Positions 59,416-64,000 of a DNA stretch of 64,000 nucleotides are shown here, piece by piece. How positions within the stretch are numbered: position 1 is the stretch's first letter; every line of letters starts with the position of its first letter. The stretch is from Podarcis filfolensis (taxonomy: Eukaryota), in NCBI GenBank assembly GCA_964270895.1, contig OZ185446.1; one strand, 5' to 3'. The notes under the pieces were generated by a model that was given only the letters and a program-made list of their open reading frames with translations, was not told where the DNA came from and ran no database searches. The position numbers and the translations under genes were made by a program.

Positions 59416-59818
59416 CCTTTAACAGCAGAAATGAAGCAGGTGGAAGCTGAGTGCTGGGAGCAGGTTTACTTGCAGCTTTTCTGTATGTTGTTGTTGTTAA
59501 AGGCACAGGAACAGAGCCAATATATACCGTATATATATTTAATGCAACAACCTGGCAGACAGAGTTGCTTGTTAAATCTGAGCTGGTACAGACATCCTTG
59601 CAATTGGGGTAAGGGTTGCACCCAGAGGCTTCTAGCTTTAAAGTGGCATAGTAGCTCTGGCAGCCCCTGCCTACTCCTTCCCTAATGCTGATCTGTTGTC
59701 TGGCACATCTGGAGTAGATAAAGCTTGGGCAGAGTGACTAAGGCAGAACCTGATGAGAGACTTGCCCTGCCTTAAGGAAATTTTAATGCTGTCTTGCAAA
59801 CCTCCTGGTTGCAAAGTA

Positions 59819-60173
59819 AAGTAGAGGTAAAGGGACCCCTGACCATTAGGTCCAGTCGTGACCGACTCTGGGTTGCGGCACCCATCTCGCTTTATTGGCC
59901 GAGGGAGCCGGCGTACAGCTTCCGGGTCATGTGGCCAGCATGACTAAGCCGCCCTTGGCGAACCAGAGCAGTGCACGGAAACGCCGTTTACCTTCCCGCT
60001 GGAGTGGTACCTATTTATCTACTTGCACTTTGACGTGCTTTCGAAGTGCTAGGTTGGCAGGAGCTGGGACGGAGTGACGGGAGCTCACCCCGTTGCAGGG
60101 ATTCGAACCGCCGACCTTCTGATCGGCAAGTCCTAGGCTCTGTGGTTTAACCCACAGCACCACCTGCATCCCC
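59819..60173 (-). mobile_element. Sauria SINE, full length
   Basis: Perfect 12-bp TSD ggttgcaaagta (59807-18 / 60174-85). Confidence 0.96.
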
Positions 60174-63104
60174 GGTTGCAAAGTAGCAGCTGCTTAATTT
60201 TATGGGAAAGTGTGTGTTTGTTTATGTATCTGTCCCTAGTAGGGAGTCCAAAGCACTTTTTCCAGATAAAGAGTCTAAGTTTAGCTGGATTCCTTCAACG
60301 AAAGGTTAGGCCAGCTGTGTTTAGTGGGAAGACATACAACTTCACACACACAGTAACATCTATAAGACAACAATTTGTACTTTGACTTCTTGTTATTTGA
60401 ACTGCCTGACTTTCAAACAGTAGCTGGAGGATGGTGACTTAAACTCTTCCTTAGTGTCAGATTGCCAAGTGTGAGTGGAATGCAGAGAGGTTGTAAAGGT
60501 AATGGGGGAGGCAGCTTTCTTTTGCTTCTGTTTTTGTTTTGTTTTTTGCCTGGTGTGGGGGGGGAGAGGGAGAGGGAGACTGTTCTCTTCATTCCTTTCT
60601 CTGCAGCTTTATGGTGTGGCTGGTTTGCACAGATCTGCCAGGATGCCCAGTTCCAGAGGCTTTTTCTTGCAAATATTATTGTACATCTCCCTGGAACACT
60701 TTAATTAAAGGTGGTTGAGATTTTTTTTTTTTAAGTACTTTATTTATCTGGTCAAAGAGAGCTGATGAGCAGGCAGCAATAGCCAAGTGAAGGAACAGCA
60801 GAGCTACAAGGATCCAGGGGATGGAACTGGACTTCCTGCGGGGATGTAGGTCTTGGCAGGTACCCAGGAGTGCAGCCAGACTTGCAGAATGGCACACAGA
60901 GCTAACAATGCCGTATGGTTTTTCAGTAAATTCAGCACAACTAAAAGCAGCGCTAAATAAACGTGGAACTGCATAAAGCCTACTAAAACAGCAGAGCATT
61001 GCCTGTCTAAAAATGGGAAGAGAGGGAGCCATTCACATCTCCTTGCAGAGGGCCCTCCAAAGTTGTAGTGCCACCACCCAAAAGGCCCTGTTGTAGTAAT
61101 CACCTGTTTTAATAGCCATTTATCGTGTGCACATGAGAAAGCTCCCCCAGCCCTGGAAAAAAGCTGTACCTGGAAGTGTGTCCTGGCTGTAGCCATAAAG
61201 TCAGAAAGCTGGTGTGTAAGATGACCTTACATTCCCTCCCATCCCCCTTCTATTAGCCCAACAAAGTTTCTTGTGCGTGCATTGGAAAACAATGTCTTCA
61301 TTCTACCAATCATTTCACCTAAGATTTGATAGAGCTCCAGATAGGGTTGTGTGGGGGTTTTAATACAGAGGGTGATGATAGTTTTTTTTCCCCTTTGCAT
61401 TTTCTGTGCCTTCAGAAATAGTTCCTTTTTTCCTCTCCTTGTCTCTTCCTCTCTTGCCTGACTCCATCCTTCCATTTCCCTCGACCTTTTTGCCGTGACT
61501 CTGCTTTTATAGCAACTGCCCATTCCTTTTCTCACTTAAAAAGATGAACACAAAATGTAAGAGAGCTTTTGGGTCTTTGCTTTCACGGCAGCTCCTGGAC
61601 CCTGGTGGTGAATTGCCTGCTTTCCTTTGATATGCATTTATTACATACGTTCTTAAGCTTTTGAAGCTTCACCTGGAAATGACTTGGCACAAAAAGCACT
61701 TTGTGATTTCAGACATATTGTGTGTAGCCATATAACTGAAGAAAGGCTGGCTCTAGGCAAGTCATATTTGTCCCTGGTGTCTAAAGTCCTGCTGGTGCAC
61801 CCATCCAATGGGCCTCCAAGGCTGCAGACTAAGTCAGAGTCCCAAGATTGGGTAATCTGCAAATATGGTCCATTCTCAGGCACAGGGTTTGGGAGAAGCA
61901 AGGTAAACAAGCAAACTCTTCACTGCTTAAAAGAATTAAAATGGCAATTAACTCCCAGTCACCATGCATTCCGAATGATGCCTCACATCTTTCTAATAAC
62001 AGAAAATAGTGTTGTCAGAAAGAGGTCATGCACACTAGGATTAGGTACAACCCTGCCCCCCAAAAACACTTCCTCTCTCCACCACCTCTGCATATCCCAG
62101 AATTCCACATGGAGACTGCAGCAAGAAAGGAAAGTACCTCTAGCCTGAATCTGGCACTTCTTGAGAAGAAATTAGGTGCCTTGAGGGAAAGGGAGAATGT
62201 GTGCTGTCATTGTACTGTAGACCCAGCATTCCAGTGTTCAGGTGGGCAAACATGATTTAGCAAGTTGTGCCAAGAAGTTTCTGTGACTCAGCCATGATAT
62301 GTTTACGCCCCGGTAAACATATCACAAAAGGGGATTTAGGAGCAGCTGCAAGCTCTTCTCCTTGGGCAGTGGCCAGTGTCTGTCTTGCCATCGATTCCTT
62401 AAAAATAGCATTTTGCCCAGTCTGGTTTCAGAGGCCCTCGGCTACCCACCACTTCCCTGAGGGAGATTGCTCCACACTCTAATGGATCTCGGTGGACCAC
62501 AGCCAGCAATAAATGCTTAAATAGAACTCTCCATTGACATTATAAACGCTGGTGTGAAAGCTGCTGCAGTTAGTGAAGGAAGAGCTGGCAGTTAAGTACG
62601 TCTGCCTGAAAACATCTTATGACTAGGGCTTCATAAATTTTTCACCAGGCACAGTAACTAAGTAGACAAGGAATAAGAGGGACAGGGTGGCAATGATGTG
62701 AATGTTTCCTCTAGCTGCACAGTGGTCTGTTTTTCCCTCCGTTGTTAGGGAGGTTGGCTTGCAGCACTCGAGTAGACTTTCCCAGGTCTTCTTACAACAA
62801 CCCTGTATGGTAGATCAGTAGCCTCTTCAGATATAGGCCTGGGCTGAGAGGCAGCAGCTTATCTAAAGGCCAAAGGAGACATGGCATGGGAGGTCGGGGG
62901 AAGCAGGTCTCCAAATACGAGTTGCTGGGAATCACAAGATGGAAGAGTGGCTCTTGTGTTGGAATCCTGCTTGTGGGTTTCCCACAGGCATCCGGTTGGC
63001 CAAAATGAGAACAGGATGCTGGGCTAGAGGGGAATTGGCCTGATCCAGTATGGGCTAGGTTACTTAGGGTACTTACAGACATGGATGATTTAGCATGGTT
63101 GGTA

Positions 63105-63420
63105 TCCATCTGCCTCAGGAGACAGTGGAGGAGTTTGCCTTTGGGGGTGAAGTCAAACTGTAGGAAGGTTATAGCGCCTGCTGTGGCTGTAGAGACTGAT
63201 ATGGCGAAAGATGTTTTGTTGCAGCTGGGCAGATGAAGGCACCCGGTTGTGCTGCTGCAGATGCAGCAAAGTGTTTCTTCTCTCTGTGTTCTTTCTAGCA
63301 GTCATTCCTCTTCTGCTATGGATGCACAACTTGACTGTTTCCAGGCAATGTCTGGTCATTGTTCCTCTGCTTGAAAAAGGAAGTGCAGTAGCAACATCAT
63401 CTAGACTTCTGGAATCCAAA
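63105..63420 (-). mobile_element. RTE-clade LINE 3' fragment (same family as 46470)
   Basis: Reverse-complement homolog of 46560-46878. Confidence 0.8.
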
Positions 63421-63586
63421 TTGCATTCTGTTGTGATCAGCTCACATTTCTCCAGTCCAAATGTTTATTGGGGGACATCACTTAGACTGTGCAGGGGTGG
63501 GGAAAGAAGGTGCAGTATTCTCTCACTGACTGCTGCCCTCCAAACATACTACAGTATGGCCTTTTCAGGCCACTGTTGGTCTGTGT

Positions 63587-63918
63587 AAAGGTAAAGGTAA
63601 AGGGACCCCTGACCATTAGGTCCAGTCGTGACTGACTCTGGGGTTGCGGTGCTCATTTCGCTTTACTGGCCGAGGGAGCCGGTGTGCAGCTTCCGGGTTA
63701 TGTGGCCAGCATGACTAAGCCACTTCTGGCGAACCAGAGCAGCGCACGGAAATGCCGTTTACCTTCCCGCCGGAGTGGTACCTATTTATCTACTTGCACT
63801 TTGACGTGCTTTTGAACTGCTAGGTTGGCAGGAGCTGGGACCGAGCAACGGGAGCTCACCCCGTCACGGGGATTCGAACCGCCGACCTTCTGGTCGGCAA
63901 GTCCTAGGCTCTGTGGCT
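63587..63918 (-). mobile_element. Sauria SINE (head slightly truncated)
   Basis: Consensus body and tail. Confidence 0.93.
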
Positions 63919-64000
63919 TAGAACAACTGTGTGATGGTTTATCTACACCTGAGGAAATTGCATAGCTGTTCCATCATGTAAAGAGAACAGATTTTCTGAA

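Larger units (their letters stand above)
53140..64000 (+). other. PRKAG2: PRKAG2 intron 4 (continues beyond window)
   Basis: Donor gtaagt at 53140. No segment encoding the next exon (..MLEKLEFEDE..) was seen in the window. Confidence 0.75.

Noticed and set aside
1-64000. CRISPR arrays, operons, prokaryotic systems and known miRNA seeds
   Set aside because: The sequence is vertebrate intronic DNA; no repeat-spacer arrays were seen, and no mature conserved miRNA sequence was recognised by eye (a miRBase search would be needed to exclude them).

Overview
Eukaryotic (vertebrate) genomic DNA. The repeat content (Sauria SINE, BovB, CR1, L2, Rex1, Tc1/mariner MITEs) points to a squamate, most likely a lacertid lizard. 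The window lies inside PRKAG2 (AMPK gamma-2) on the + strand. It holds two coding exons: the alternative first coding exon of the short gamma2-3B-type isoform (12378-12471, MKRFGSLRGSKKRK...HGLL) and the exon equivalent to human exon 4 (52928-53139, [12 protein letters not shown]...SKA). They splice in frame (G|CC = Ala) across a 40.5 kb intron. The rest is intron, with dense nested transposon relics and one 143-N gap. Almost all long ORFs in the track are TE fragments or antisense shadows. Most interesting: (1) a solo-LTR family, in two diverged copies, whose 5' part is an intact acidic Trp-rich ORF with a probable ancestral RRSLRL motif, both copies inserted at a GATAA-type target; (2) three different Pol III heads (tRNA-Ile, tRNA-Lys, 5S rRNA) fused to the same CR1 3' tail; (3) an in-frame uORF ending 3 nt before the gamma2-3B start codon; (4) inverted Sauria SINEs bracketing exon 4; (5) several weaker candidate extra PRKAG2 promoters or exons. 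Family names and homologies come from recalled consensus sequences, not from a database search. TE boundaries without TSD evidence are approximate.
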